Positions 1-37,613 are shown, numbered from the stretch's first letter. The stretch: 64,000 bases of DNA from Felis catus (GCF_018350175.1 NC_058382.1:43338001-43402000), one strand, 5' to 3'. The notes: a model not told the origin generated them from the letters alone. Numbers and translations: made by a program.

Positions 1-1023
1 TGACTGATTCAAAAACATCAGTCAGACAAATAAGATGAGTTAGTGGTTGAACAGAGGGATGGAGGGACAGAAATGTGATCAAGCAGTTATAACACAATAC
101 TAATTGCAAAGTTGATTGTGGGTGTATAGGTGTTTGGTGTACAATTCTTTCAACCTCTGTGTTTTAAAATCTTCATAGTAAAATACTGGGGGGAAAAGCA
201 TAATCAGGGTCCCAAGGATGTCCATCCCAGAGTAGACCCTCCCCAGAGGTTGGGCAGACGCTCACCGTTCCGGAGGTCCATTTCAGTCAGCCGTTCTGAG
301 GGCAGGATGCTCCTGCCAGCACACAGCACCTAGGCTGGCCCGCAGTGGGTACTCAGCAGTGGGTTTGCTGGATAAATGTGTCATGTCATCTCTCTCTGCA
401 TGAGCCCTGACCCCAGTCAGCCCAGCAAAGTTGGGAGTCAGTTCCCCTGTTCACAGCTCAGCATGTGCAAATAGAAGCCCTGTTTGGTGTCAGCACCTCA
501 GGTGTGCCTGGTCACGGGAGGGGTTTCACAGGTAAAAGTGTTGCAGGGGTGAGGAGTGTTTTGTGAAAACGTACTCTTGGAGTCAGGGAGCAGTTCCTCG
601 GTCAGCACTTTAGCCCTCAGTGGGGTCCATGGGGGCCTCCTTGACTGAGAGCTGTGGGCTTTGTCCTGGGACACTGATGACCCACAGAAAGACTAGGTAG
701 GGGCAGCACATGTGGCCCATCTGGGTTTTACAACAGTCCCCAGTGGACCAGAGGCCAAGAGCAGTGCATGGGAGTGGCAGGGGGGCCTCTGCAGTGTGGA
801 GAGTCAGGAGGGGGCTTTCCAGCTGGAGCTGCAATGCTTGCCTGGGGGACTGGAGGAGTAGATGCCTGAGGCGATGGGTGGTCACCTCTTAGGCCAAGCC
901 CTGAAACCTTGGCAGGGAGTGGCTTCTGCAGATGTAACTTGGCCACAGAGTTCTCATGGCTGCTTTTCCCCCTCCACCCAGGAAGAACATAGCCATCTGT
1001 TTAAATATATATATATATATATT

Positions 1024-1042
1024 TTTATTTCCTGGGTTTATT
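1024..1042 (-). terminator. PSMB10 polyadenylation signals (two AATAAA)
   Basis: TTTATT on + at 1037-1042 and 1024-1029, 35-50 nt after the TGA, followed by an (AT)n tract at ~1006-1021. Confidence 0.75.
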
Positions 1043-1076
1043 CCCTCTTGTTCCAAGCTCTGAGCACCATCCTACT

Positions 1077-3458
1077 TCACTCCACTTCCATGGCCTGCAC
1101 AGTTTCTTCCAGCAGCTCCAGGGTCAGTGGCTTCACTGTCTGGGACAGGACAGCTGTGGTCCCAGGGGCAAAGCGGTCCTGGCTAGGCCTGGGAGACGGA
1201 AGGGATGGCCTCTCAACTTGGGCCCATCATGTGGCCCATCTGTTTCTTGCACCCCCTGTCTCCCCTGCTACTGCCCCATCCTCCCTAGTGGTCCCCCATC
1301 TCCCATGCTCTCACCTTTTTAAGGGCCTTGTGGGTGAGCTCAATGTTCGCAGAAGCTTGGCGCCAGTCCCCATTATCACACATGCATCCACACTGCCCCC
1401 AGAGCCCAGGTCACCTAGGATCCCTGCAGTGATGGCTTCCACTAGCAGCTCCTGCGCGGCCTCCAGCTGTGATGATACATGTGTGTGATGCCTGATGGAC
1501 CCTTTTGGTATCACCTTCAGGCTACAGCCTAGAGGTTTTGTTCGTCTCGAAGCCCAGACTATTTACCATTTGCTCATACCCAAACCCCTCTCTTTCCCTA
1601 CTCCCATCTCCAGCCCAAGCTCCCCACCCTGGTCTCTGCCTCCCTCTCTCAGAAGACCCTGTGTTCCTATTGCCCCCCATCTTCATAAACCTCTTTGAGT
1701 CACTTACACTTGTGGTTCTGCTTCCAGGGCTGTCCACCCAACCAATATGGTCTTGATCCCCAATCTACTGGTTCACTGCGTTTTCCCTTCTGGTCCTTAG
1801 GCACCTCTGAAGCAACACATGTCACCCACTTCCATCCCACCCCAAACAAAATCCAGACCCCACTTGCTGTTCCCTCCTCCTTGAGCTTCAAACGGTCCTC
1901 TCTGAGCTTTGACTTCTCCAGGAGTACAAACTTTGGCACTAACGGTGGTCTGCTGGAATAGCACTTCTTCACTCTAACTCCACTGGCCCCTCAGTCTTGA
2001 CTCAGTCGTCACCTCCTCCAAGAAGCCTTTCCTGACCTCTAGACTAGGTCAGGATATCTCTGTGTTATCTCAGCTCCAACGTGCACTTCCCATCAATGAA
2101 CGCGTAGTGGGCGACAGGTGTTGCTCACCCCCATGTTGGGCTGGAACCGATCCTCCAGTACCGCCAGGGCTGCGTCCTGGCCCGAACCTGCAGGCAGGAG
2201 GGCATCTGAGGTAAGTCGCTGCCATCCCATTGCCGGATGAAGGTGAGGCCAGGGTCGCAGGGGCGGGATTCGTGGGGAAGGGGCGGAAGTGTTCACCCAG
2301 GGCTGTGAAGGGCAGACGGCTGTAGGAGCCGTGGGGGTGCACGCTGTAGAGTTGCGGTCCGGTCAGGTCTACTCCGCCCACTATCAGCGACGCGCCCACG
2401 TAGCCCCGGTACCTTTCGCAGAATGGGCGTGGTGAGCCGCAAGCACCCGGCTCCAGGTCCCGCCCCTCCGTGACACCGCCCCTCCCCCACCCCTCCCCCA
2501 CCCTTTTCTGTTGTTTGGCGTCCCTTGACCAACATTGCTCCTTCCTGTTGCCCAGCTCCACTTAGGCCTGCCTTTTCCGGTCTCCGGGGCTTTCGCAGTC
2601 CCGCCTTTCATCCCGTCCCACTTCCTCTCAGCCCCACCCTCCCTGCAACAGCCCTTCCCCAGGGTCATCTTAGCCCCGCCCAGCACCGGAAGAGCGTTTG
2701 GCGCAGAACGCGCGTGACCGTGGCCACGCGGGGCTCGCGGCCCGTGGACAGGGCGTGTAGCTCCATGTTGGACGCCGCCATTCGCGTGGTCATCTCGGCG
2801 TCCGCGGCTACTCCAGCCCCACAGCAGCTGAGAACGAAGGGAGGGTCGGCGTGGGCGGGGCTGAGATGGATGTGCTGTGTCGGGGATGCGTGGGGGGGGA
2901 ACGGGGTCGGGGATTTCTCACTAGATTTTGGGGGCGATGAAGTGGATCTTCTCACAGCTTTTGTCCATCACTACGGAATCTCTGGTGGCCCGCGTATCCG
3001 CGCCCAGGAGGACTCCGTCCTGGGGAGGGGGAGGGGCCTCTAGCTCAGTGTTTGTCGGATCCCCCCAGCAGCCCCTCTAAACACCCCAGTCCCAACTCCC
3101 TGCTCACTCGGAACACAAGGCCCGCGATGGTGGTACCAGTCTTGTGTGCTTGAGGGCTCCGGAACCCCGGGAGGACGCGTTCTAAGGATAAGTTTCTGGA
3201 AACAGAGTGTTAAGGCCCAGGTTGAGGCTCTTCTGGGACTCCATCACATCCTCCAACTCTGTCCCAGCCTCCCTCACTTCTCAGGATGAGCTTGGGAATA
3301 CAAGTCGCCCAACACATGTTGCCGTCCCTTTGCCCCCTCCAGAAATAAAGGTCCTGGGGCTTCTGGGAGTAGAAGCTGCAGAGCCAGCTCACCCCCACAT
3401 ACCTCTGGCAGTTCTCGAAAGAGAAGCCCCCTCGGGGCTCTAGCGCTGGCTTCAGCAT
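1077..3458 (-). CDS. PSMB10: Proteasome subunit beta type-10 (MECL-1/beta2i immunoproteasome subunit), 8 exons, 273 aa
   Basis: Exons 3403-3458, 3108-3195, 2922-3019, 2687-2827, 2297-2412, 2129-2187, 1315-1466 and 1077-1188 total 822 nt, all GT-AG. They translate [19 protein letters not shown]...KTG|TTIAGLVF...[15 protein letters not shown]...VQAMEVE*. The propeptide cleavage site and catalytic Thr40 are intact. Confidence 0.97.
2100..3200. promoter_or_regulatory. CpG-rich intragenic island over PSMB10 exons 2-6
   Basis: Visibly high CpG density compared with the flanks (judged by eye, not computed). Confidence 0.55.
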
Positions 3459-3584
3459 CTTGAGGTGGGCAGGCTGGTCCAGGGGTTGGGGGTCGATGTG
3501 GGACCAGTCCAGAGTGAGAAAGACCAAAGCCTTGGTCCTCTGTCAGCGTCTTCCCCACCCCCCCCGTGGCGTCTGACTCTTCCT

Positions 3585-3604
3585 GCTTTCGCTTTCACCT
3601 TTCC
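3585..3604 (-). promoter_or_regulatory. ISRE/IRF-E in the PSMB10 promoter
   Basis: Minus strand reads GGAAAGGTGAAAGCGAAAGC (three GAAA cores at 6-nt spacing), ~130 nt upstream of the ATG of an IFN-gamma-inducible gene. Confidence 0.75.
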
Positions 3605-3689
3605 TCAGAGCCTGGCTGTCACCTTTGTGCATCTTCTCCTTTACTTCTGGTCCTAAGCAGCTTGGCAAAGGGGAGGTTTCCTTGCTTGG

Positions 3690-4560
3690 CTCTCCATCAT
3701 GCTCCCTAGTCCTCCGTCTTAACAGAGGGACAGATCCCTCCCTCTGACCGTTGTTCAGCAGTTTCTGCCTCTTCCAGCCTGAGCCCCAAGCCTTGCCTGT
3801 CCTGACCCCAACTCTAACCTCAAGTCCCTCAGCCCTATGGCTGTCATATTGGCCAGGCTTCTGTTACTGCCCTCCCAACATTATCAGGCATGGCTGCCTT
3901 TTGTCCTTCAGCATCCACTTTCTCTCAGCTCCTCTCTTTTGTTGCCTTTGCCTCCTCCCTGAAACTTGAAACCCCAAAGCTCAGTCCTCCATCATGGTGA
4001 CACTGATCCTTCCAGCTTCCCTGTCTCAGATGGTGTCTTCTATCTAACAGAACAGGTGCCGTGGGGCTGCCCATCTAGTGGCCCGGAAGCATGCTGGGCT
4101 CTACCCATGGACAAGCCTTATTTCACATCCCAAATTACCCTTTATTTATCCACGTCTTTCTCCTACTGCTTTAGCCTCAGCTAGCATCCTCTCTCTCCTG
4201 GGTACTGCACTGTCCTCCCTGCCTTCCCCAAGTTTCTGCCCCTACCCACCACCCCCAGGCTCCCCTTTACCTTTCAGAGAAGGGACTCTTTCTAGATTGT
4301 AAATCTGGTTACACTCTTTCCCTAGTTAACCCCTTCAGCAACTGCATATTGCCCTTAGGCTCAAACTCAAGTCTTTTCAGTGGCCCACATTACCCTTCTC
4401 ATCCCATCTGATCTCAGAATAGCCATCACTTCCTCTGGGAAGCTTTCCCTGACCCACAAACAAGATTCTGCCCCTTGGTGCTCCCTGAACTTTTCTCTCA
4501 GACCACTTAGCTCCAATAATTAATCTTTCATTAGAAGAATGATCTGATTAGCGACTGGAT
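3690..4560 (+). mobile_element. Degenerate LINE-2 fragments between LCAT and PSMB10
   Basis: Pyrimidine-rich L2-like phrases, e.g. ...ccatcacttcctctgggaagctttccctgaccc.... Recognised by eye; boundaries approximate. Confidence 0.4.
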
Positions 4561-4990
4561 CTCCCTCAGATTCTAAACTCTTGTGCTTCTGTCACAGGCT
4601 TAGCACTCACAAGTCCATGTCCACAGGTGGGTTCTGCCTTCCCTTGGGGGAGTGGGTGGGACAACTCACATCTTCCCTGCCTTGTACCCTTAGCTCCATG
4701 TGCCTCCATCCCACAGCTATGTGTGCAGTTACCTCCAGTCACCCACCCCCAGAGCAGAGGCAGGCACAAGGCAGGCTATGTGCTACATAAACAGCTCAAC
4801 CGGGAGAGTGGGAAGCTATCATCCTGGTGCTCAGTTCAATCTCAGGCTTCATCAAAGCCCATCTTGCCCTTATGCTCCACAAAGCACCAGGCCTATGGCT
4901 ATTGCTTGGTGGATACTGGTGCCTGGATGCCACTGCCTCCTCTGCAACCCACAACACACATGTCAAAACTTAAAGAGCAAAAGAGGGTCT

Positions 4991-8122
<3,132 letters not shown>

Positions 8123-8363
8123 TCCAGCCCTAGTGCCTACTGCCCAGTGAAGCAGTCCCGGGCTGGCCTTATCTGGAGTGGGGGTGGGAGGGGCCCTAAG
8201 GCCAGTGGGAGGAACAGCCCAGCCAATGGGGGTGGCCAGACATTGCCGGAAAGGGACATAGCCTCAGGGAGCCAGCTCTGGGCCTGGTTTCAGTTCCGCC
8301 TTCTTCCCTTGGTGCCAGGGGAAACAGAGACGGGGCAGTAGGAGGCCCAGAAGTACACAATGT

Positions 8364-8369
8364 TTTATT
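8364..8369 (-). terminator. SLC12A4 polyadenylation signal
   Basis: AATAAA on minus, ~440 nt after the TGA and ~240 nt before the LCAT ATG. Confidence 0.75.
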
Positions 8370-8809
8370 GAAAAAAGTCAGGCCTCAGCTGGACAGTTCC
8401 ATTGCGCTTTGCTCCGTGGGGGTCCCTGCCCACAGTAGCCTGAGCCAGATCTTTCTGCAGGTGGGCTGGGCCAGACCCCCCTCCCTCACCACCCTTCCCC
8501 TCCTCTCTGATGGTGACATCCAAACAATAAATATGCAATAAATAGCATTCCTGGGCAGGCTGCCTTCAAATCCCACATCAGCTCCCACCAGTCCTCTCCT
8601 GGGGTGCTGGATGGGAAAGTCCCCAAACCTCTCAGGGTCCGTCAGTACCTTGGATCCTTCTCCATTGCCAGGCCCAGTCCCAGTCTCCAAGGAGACCTAG
8701 CAAAGCTGGGTCCGGGGCAGGGCCAGGCAAAGCAGGGCTGGTGGGTGGGTGCTGGGAGGGGGCTGTTACCCTGGACACCTCCACTCTAAGCCACAAGTGT
8801 ATATGAGGC

Positions 8810-30404
<21,595 letters not shown>

Positions 30405-32448
30405 CGCGCGCGCTCGGCCCCGCCGCCCCGGCTGCGTGCCGGGCAGTCCCCGCCGCTCCCGGCCGCCGCGCCCCGCCCGCTCGCATTCCTCCCCGCTGCG
30501 CTCACTTCCTCCGCCCGCCCCCCGGGCCGCCCCTCGGGGGCGGGGAGCAGGAGGGGCTCTGGCCGGCTCCTCCCCGAGGGGGGGTCTAGGGGTCGCGAAG
30601 CAACCCCCCCCGCCCCCCCCCCCCCCGGGGGCAGGGCTGCTGGCGGCTCCACGCCCTGGGTAGAGCCCGGTTCCTGTGTGACCCCGGGTTAGGGGCCGCC
30701 CTCTCTGAGCTTCAGATGCAATACTTGTAAAATGGGGAAATGTGCTCCGTGAGATAGGGCGCTGGGTGCACTGGCTCTGCACTCTCTGCAAGATGCTTGC
30801 CCTAGCAAGCATCCAGCGACATTTCTGTTACTTAGGGACGGGAAAGAGGAGGCAGGATCGGCGCGCAGGACCACACAGACCATCCCAGTCCTGCCCAGGG
30901 CCTCCTGCCATTCCACGGTATTCCCATCCCATTCCCATGATCTCTGTCTCCCACCTGTCCTCCATGTCCCTGTAAACCGAACCCCCTTGAAGATGCCGTC
31001 CCTTCCCCGCGCCCCTCACTGCACTCTTTCCCTGAAGGTGGCTGGGAATTTCATGCCCCTTCCCCAGAAGCTGCTGCCTCCTTGGTGGGAAGGACACCCA
31101 CCCGCCTCCTCGGTGGCCCGTTTGCCCCTTTGGAACACTACACTATGTTCTTTAGCCAAGTTCTTTCATCTTAATTTTCTTTTACTGTCTCACCTCCTGG
31201 GGATTCCTTTACCAAGTCGTTTACTTATTCACTCTTAACTTTTCTTTCACTTTTCACTCCCCTGCTTCAGATAACTTATCCTCGTTGGCTTTACTTTAAC
31301 ATCCTTTATCTCTCTAGGCTATCCTTTCAGTTATTTCTTTCTCTATCAGAAAACTCCCAAGCCCATCTGACTTGTTTATCTGCTTTTTTCCCTCTCTTTT
31401 ATGGCTCAGAGAGCTTTAGAACATAGTGGAAGAATCAGAGGTATCTCCCAACAGAACTCAGACTCTGACTACCTTCTCCTCTCAGCCTTAGTTCTGGGAT
31501 GGAATGAGGAAAGTCATTGGGTCCTGTAGGAGGACTTCCAAGCTGACCACCATTCTGACCCTTACCCCACAGTCACCCAGCCAGGGCCTGTTGACTTGAC
31601 CTCCTGTCCTTCACGCCACCTTCAGCTGTCCACAGTAGCAGCCTTCCAAATGGACTCCCTGTTCTCTCCCAATGCTCATGGTAGCGGCACCTCTTCTGAA
31701 GAGAACGCCCACGTTCTTCTCTTGGCCCACAAGGCCCTGTTCCAAGTGGCTCCTCCAACTTCCACAGTTCCAGCCTTCTGGCCTCTTTCACTTCCCCAAA
31801 CTCATCTTTCCGCGCATTACCTGTTCTTTACTCTGACAGAGTGCCTTTCTACCCTCTGCCCCCACCCTCACTAACCAAGCTCCTTGCTATTAGGGTAGGT
31901 CTCATCCTTGAGTACCACCTCCTCCCCCAAAGACTTCCCTGACCCACATCCATCCACCCCACCTCACCCTCCACTGGATTGGGCTGTCCTTAAGCACTTT
32001 TCCTTCACATTCCCCACTGGAGGGGGAAATGTGTTGGTGGGGATCTTTGATTAACATTTTTCATGCCCACTAGACTGTAGACTTCACAGGGACAGGACCT
32101 TTTCGGTATTGCTGCCTTGGTATTCTCAGTCCCTTGTCCCAACACATCTTTTGAATAAAGAATGAATAAGTGCCCCCTCCTTCCCATCTTCCCTAATGCT
32201 CTGCAAAAGTTCCTAAAGCTCCCACTGCACCCTCACATGCAGCCTCACCTCAGGGGTGGGGTCAGGTACTGTGTGAAGGAGATAGGTCACTGCAGCCCAA
32301 CTGACATCCTTAGACTCTGAGAGAGCTTGTGGCTAGGATACAACTTCCCCCAGTTACTATTGACTGACCAAGTAGCTTGTAACATCAGGGTACCTGCAGG
32401 CGAAAAGAAAAATATTTGAGGGGCACAGACACTTCAAAAGAGAACTAT

Positions 32449-32918
32449 GGGATGCCTGCATGGCTCAGTCAATTAAGTGATGACTATTGGTTTCAGTTCA
32501 GGTCATGATCTCATGGTCATGGGATAGATCCCCACATCAGGCTCTTCACTGACAGTTCAGAGCCTGATTGGGATTCTCTCTCTCCCTCTCCCTCTGCCCC
32601 TCTCTGGCTTCCACTCTCTGTTGCATGCTCTCTCTCTCAAAATAAATAAATAAACATTTTTAAAAAATCAATTGCCTATTCACATGTAAAGAACACATTT
32701 AGGGGCGCCTGGGTGGCTCAGTTGGCTAAGTGTCCGACTTCAGCTCAGGTCATAATCTCACAATTCATGGGTTCAAGCCCCGTGTCAGACTCTGTGCTGA
32801 CAGCTCAGAGTCTGGAGCCTGCTTCGGATTCTGTGTCTCCCTCTCTCTGTTCCTCCCTCACTTGTGCTCTGTCTCTCTCTCTCAAAAATAAATAATAAAT
32901 GTTAAAAAAATTAAAAAA
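32449..32918 (+). mobile_element. Two Can-SINEs (~32449-32670 and 32702-32918)
   Basis: Two heads, CT tracts and A tails; the second is flanked by aaagaacac repeats. Confidence 0.85.
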
Positions 32919-32939
32919 AGAACACTTAAACTGCCAAAA

Positions 32940-33015
32940 CTATATATATATATAATACATGTATATATATTATATGCATATATATAATATATATATATAT
33001 ATAATATATATATAA
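32940..33015. repeat. Imperfect (TA)n microsatellite
   Basis: AT dinucleotide run with interruptions. Confidence 0.85.
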
Positions 33016-33171
33016 AGAATACATCTATCAGGAAAATTATTAGAACACACGCAACAAAAATTCCAAATTAGCTTAATAAACATTACAAAAAGATAAGGTA
33101 AAATATTAGCAATACGAAACCAGAAAATATTGAAAAGCTCAAGAAGGAATACAAGATATGAAAAAATATAA

Positions 33172-33680
33172 TTGTTCCAGGTGTCTATTGCTACATAACA
33201 AATTACCCCAAAATAACAATGGTTTAAAATAACAATCAACAAAAACATTTGTTCACAAACCTGCTGGCTGAGTAAAGTTCCGCTCTACTCTACATGGCAT
33301 CAGCTGGAACCAGAAGATCCATTTCCATGATGACTCATTCACACAGCTAGCAAGTTGTTACTGGCTGTAGGCTAAGAGCTCAGTGGGGCTGTGGATCAGG
33401 GGATTGGGTACCCAACATGTGTACCTCTCCACGGGCTGCTTGGTTTCCTCATGGTATAGTGGCTGCAGTTCATGAATGAGCACCCCAAGAAGCAGGGAGT
33501 AGAAACTGACAGTTTCTCTAGGTCTTGGCCTGGAAACAGGCCCAGCATCATTTCTGCTGTATTTTACTGCTCAAGCAATAACCAAGCCCAGATTCAAGAG
33601 AGGGTGGGGAGGCACTGAACCCATCTCTGGATGGGAGAAGTATCAAAGAAATATGGGACCATGTATTAAAGTTACCACAA
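33172..33680. mobile_element. MaLR (MLT1-type) solo LTR
   Basis: Begins tgttccaggtgtctattgctacataacaaattacccc and ends ...accaca; internal MLT1-like phrases such as cccagattcaag and ccatctctggatgggag. Confidence 0.65.
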
Positions 33681-33913
33681 TAATATTTGAAAAAAAATTG
33701 TAATTCAGAATGAATTAATAAATTGGAAAGACCAAATTAAGCAATCGTCCCAAAAGAAGAAAGAGAAAACAATGAAAGGGAAAACAAAGATGGAGGATAG
33801 AAATAGGATATCTGCACAACAGGAACCCCAGAAAAAGAGTAAAATAAAAAATGGAGAAAATCCACAGCATGAACAAACCTTGAAAACACACTAAATGTAA
33901 GAAGCCAGACACA

Positions 33914-34139
33914 GGGGTGCTTGGGTGGCTCAGTTGTTTAAGCATTTGACTTTGGCTCAGGTCATGATCTCATGGTTCGTGAGTTTGAGCTCCATATCAG
34001 GCTCTTCGTGGTCATCTCAGAGCACACTTCAGATTCTCTGTCCTCCTCACTCTGTCTTCCCCTCCCCTGCTCACTTGCACTCCCTCTCTCTCTCTCTCAA
34101 AAATAAATAAAGAAACTTAAAAAAAAAAACCAAAAAACA
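33914..34139 (+). mobile_element. Can-SINE inserted in an L1M 3' fragment
   Basis: Head ggggtgcttgggtggctcag, CT tract and A tail; old L1 3' UTR sequence continues at 34140-34950. Confidence 0.85.
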
Positions 34140-34667
34140 AAGGAATTGAAAGCAGGGACTTGAACAGGTATCTGTATGCCAGTGTTCATTGTGCATCTGA
34201 AAGGTGGAAGCAACCTTGGTTTTCATCACCAGATGTGTAGATAACAAACTGTGATCTGTACCTACAATGGAATATTATTCAGCCATAAAAAGGAATAAAG
34301 TCTGATATATGCTACAAGGCAGATGAACCTTGAAGACATTTTGTTAAATGAAATAAGCTGGATGCAAAAAGACAAATGCTGTATATAAGTTATCTAGAAT
34401 AGACAAATTCATAGAGACTGAAAAAAGAATAGAGGTTACCAGGGGCTGAGGTGAGGGGAAACGGGAAGGTATTGCTTAATAATTACATTACATTGTTTGA
34501 GATAATGACCAAGTTTTGGAAATACCATGATGTTTGTTCAACATTTGTGAGTGTTTTTAAGCTCACTGGTTTGTGCACTTGAAGATGGTTAAAATGGCAA
34601 ATTGTTACATATCTTTTACAATTAAAAAAAATAATGTGATATACGAAAACCACTGAACTGTACACTT

Positions 34668-34883
34668 TATTTTTTTAATTTTATTTACTTATTTTGAGAG
34701 AGAAACAGAGAGATCATGTGAGCAGGGGAGGGACAGAGAGAGAGGGAGAGAGAAAGAATTCCAAGCAGGCTCTAGACTGCAGTGCAGAGCCAGTGCGGGG
34801 CTTGAACCCATGAGCTGTGATATTATGACCTGAGCTGAAACCAAGAGTTGGACGCTTCACTGACTGAGCCACCCAGGTGCCCT
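34668..34883 (-). mobile_element. Can-SINE with 14-bp TSD
   Basis: TSD tgaactgtacactt at 34654-34667 and 34884-34897. Confidence 0.9.
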
Positions 34884-35049
34884 TGAACTGTACACTTCAA
34901 ATGGGTGAATTGTGTGGTATATCAATTTTATCTCAGTAAACTTGTTTAAAAACAAACGAAAAATCCAAGATGTAATTAACCAAATAATTCTAATATTTAG
35001 AGGATGATAGGAGGAGAGAGGGGGAGTGAGAGCTAAAAGTCCTCATTTT

Positions 35050-35545
35050 GGGGGGCACCTGGGTGGCTCAGTAGGTTAAGCGTCTTGACTCTAGGTTTCA
35101 GCTCAGGTCATGATCTCATGGTTCGTGGGTTCGAGCTCCACATTGGGCTCCATGCTGACAGTGTGGAGCCTGCTTGGGATTCTCCCTTTCCTTCTCTCTC
35201 TGACTCTCCCCCATGATCTCTCTCTCAAAATAAACTTTAAAAAGGGTTAAGAAAATAAAAACAAAATCCTCACTTTTCAAATTACTGAGTCAATAAATAA
35301 TATCTAAAATGTATGTCTAAAGAGCTGGCATTGGGATGACTGCGTGGCTCAGTTAGTTGAGCCTGTTCGACTCTTGGTTTTGGCTTAGGTGATGTGTTTG
35401 CAGTTTGTGGGTTTGAGCCCCCACCCACGTTGGGCTCTTCTGTTGGGCACAGAGCTTGCTTGGGATTCTCCCTCTCTCCCCCTCCTCTGCTCATGTGCAT
35501 GCTCTGTCTCTCTCTCTCTCAAATAAATAAACTGAAAAAAATAAA
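35050..35545 (+). mobile_element. Two Can-SINEs (~35050-35250 and ~35333-35545)
   Basis: Two heads and tails with degenerate TSDs. Confidence 0.8.
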
Positions 35546-35944
35546 CAGCTGGCAATTAAATACATTATTTAGAAATATGGAGGAAAATACCAGTAAATAT
35601 CAACAGTTAAAAGTGCTGAGTGATTGCTGGGAGAACAGAATTGGGGAATGGGAGTGTGAGGACAGAAGTTGGGGAGCGGACTCTTCAGCCCACCTGGCAG
35701 CTCAGTGTATTACCCCACAAAGTGCACCACCATCCCAGGCAAGGTATGGACATTGCCAGAACTCCAGAAGTTCCTTAATGCCTCCTCCAATTGCCACCCC
35801 ATGCCTCCCCACCAACCACAGACACTTTTTTTTTTTTTTTAGTCTTTGTTTTTTTAAATGGAGATGTAATTGACACATAACATTGTGTAAGTCAGGCATT
35901 TTCTAAGTATCTGAGTTTGATGATACCACTTCTTGTTTTCTTAT

Positions 35945-36033
35945 TTGTTTGTTTGTTTGTTTGTTTATGAGAGGGAGGGTGCGAGTGAGTGAGGGGCAGA
36001 GATAGAGAGAGAATCCCAGGAAAGGCAATGGGG

Positions 36034-36070
<37 letters not shown>

Positions 36071-36198
36071 AGAAGCAGGGCTTGTGTTTTACTGGAAGCA
36101 AGGCTCAAGCTCACCCGATGTGGGACTCAAACTCCTGAATCGTGACATCATGACCTGAACTGAAGTCAGAGCTTAATGACTGAACCCCCAGGGGCCCT
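35945..36198 (-). mobile_element. Can-SINE with TSD cttgttttcttattt
   Basis: Reverse-oriented head at the right end, (GA)n tract, (GTTT)n tail. Confidence 0.8.
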
Positions 36199-37044
36199 CT
36201 TGTTTTCTTATTTAAAGTCTCAACCTGAGCATGCATCCCTGAACATTAAGTTTAGTCTTTTCTGGGTTTTGTTTTGTTTTTTCAAGAGGCTCTACTCCAA
36301 CCCCAAGATCAAGAGTTGCCTGCTCTACGGACTGAGCCAGCCAGGGGCCCCAGTTTTTAAAAAAACTTTTTATTGAGAAAAAAATATCCATACAGAAAAG
36401 TTCACATACCATAAGTGTATACAGCATGCTGAAATGTTCACAAAATGAACACGCCCATGCAACCAGGACCCAAGATACAGCACTTTACCAGAAACCCAGA
36501 AGCTCTTCCTCATGCCCCCTTCCAGGCAATACCTCCCCGAAAACTGACTGTAATGGTATAGATCAGTTTTGCTTGTACTTTATATAAATGGAATGACATA
36601 ATATATATTATTTTGTACTGGCTCCCTTCACTCAACATTACTTTGAGAGATTCTTGCACGTTGTGTGTAACTGTCCTTGGGTATATGTCTTCAACTTTAG
36701 TAAAAAAAAAAAAAAAAATGTCAAACTGTCTTCCAAAGCAGTGTTTATCAGTTGAATCAGCCACCAGCAGGGTATGCTCCTTGCTCCATATCATTGCTAA
36801 CACTTGGTATTGTTCACCTGTTAAATTTTAGTTGTCTTTACTATGAGTTTTATTTTGCATTTCCTTAATGTCTAATAAGGTTGACTATCTTTTCATCTTC
36901 TTATTGGCCAATTGAATATCCATCCTTGTAAAGTTCCTATTCAAATATCTTCCCCATTTTTATATGGGGTTGTCTGCCTCTGGATATATGCCTTTCGTCA
37001 ATTATATACGTTGAAAATTTACTCTTTGGCTTGCTCTTTCACTC

Positions 37045-37270
37045 TTTTTAAATTTTTAAAAAATTAATTTATTTTTGAGAGGGGGGAAGGGGCATGAGAG
37101 AGAGGCAGAGAGAGAGAGGAAGGGGCAAGGAGAGAGGGAGGGAGGGAGAGAATCCCAAGCAGACTCCTCATGTGGAGCCTGATGTGGGGCTTGAACCTAT
37201 AAACCACAAGATCATGACCTGAGCCAAAATCGAGTCTGACACTTAGCCCACTGAGTTACCCAGGTGCCCT
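37045..37270 (-). mobile_element. Can-SINE
   Basis: ...ctgagttacccaggtgccc reverse head; an (AAAC)n tract follows at ~37289-37321. Confidence 0.8.
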
Positions 37271-37613
37271 CTAGGTTCAGCTTCTTAAAAACAAACAAAC
37301 AAACAAACAAACAAACAAACAAATGTAAACCTTTCAGAGACTGCTAACCCACCCATTGTTACACTCCATGATGGGATAGATACCACACTTGAACTAGATT
37401 TCTTTGTGCTCTTTTGTGGGCTCAGGCTTTTATCATAATAACATGGTAAGATGCCTCTGCCCTTCCCAAAAGAGACCAAGTTGGAGGCCACTCACTTGAG
37501 AAACTGAGGTGAGACCTACAAGACCCCTCACCAACCAAGAGCCCACCAGACCCCACTCCCCTGCTCCCCAGGGAGAAGGAAGGACTTTCACATTTGGCTC
37601 CATACCCAAAATG

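Noticed and set aside
1-1000. Short ORFs left of PSMB10; possible CTRL sequence expected from synteny
   Set aside because: No chymotrypsin-like peptide or splice-consistent exon is visible; CTRL probably starts outside the window.
862-1488. 208-aa plus-strand ORF and other long antisense ORFs (e.g. 4700-5344, 14070-14657, 2525-3043)
   Set aside because: These are antisense shadows of GC-rich coding exons of PSMB10, LCAT and SLC12A4, with no independent homology or start context.
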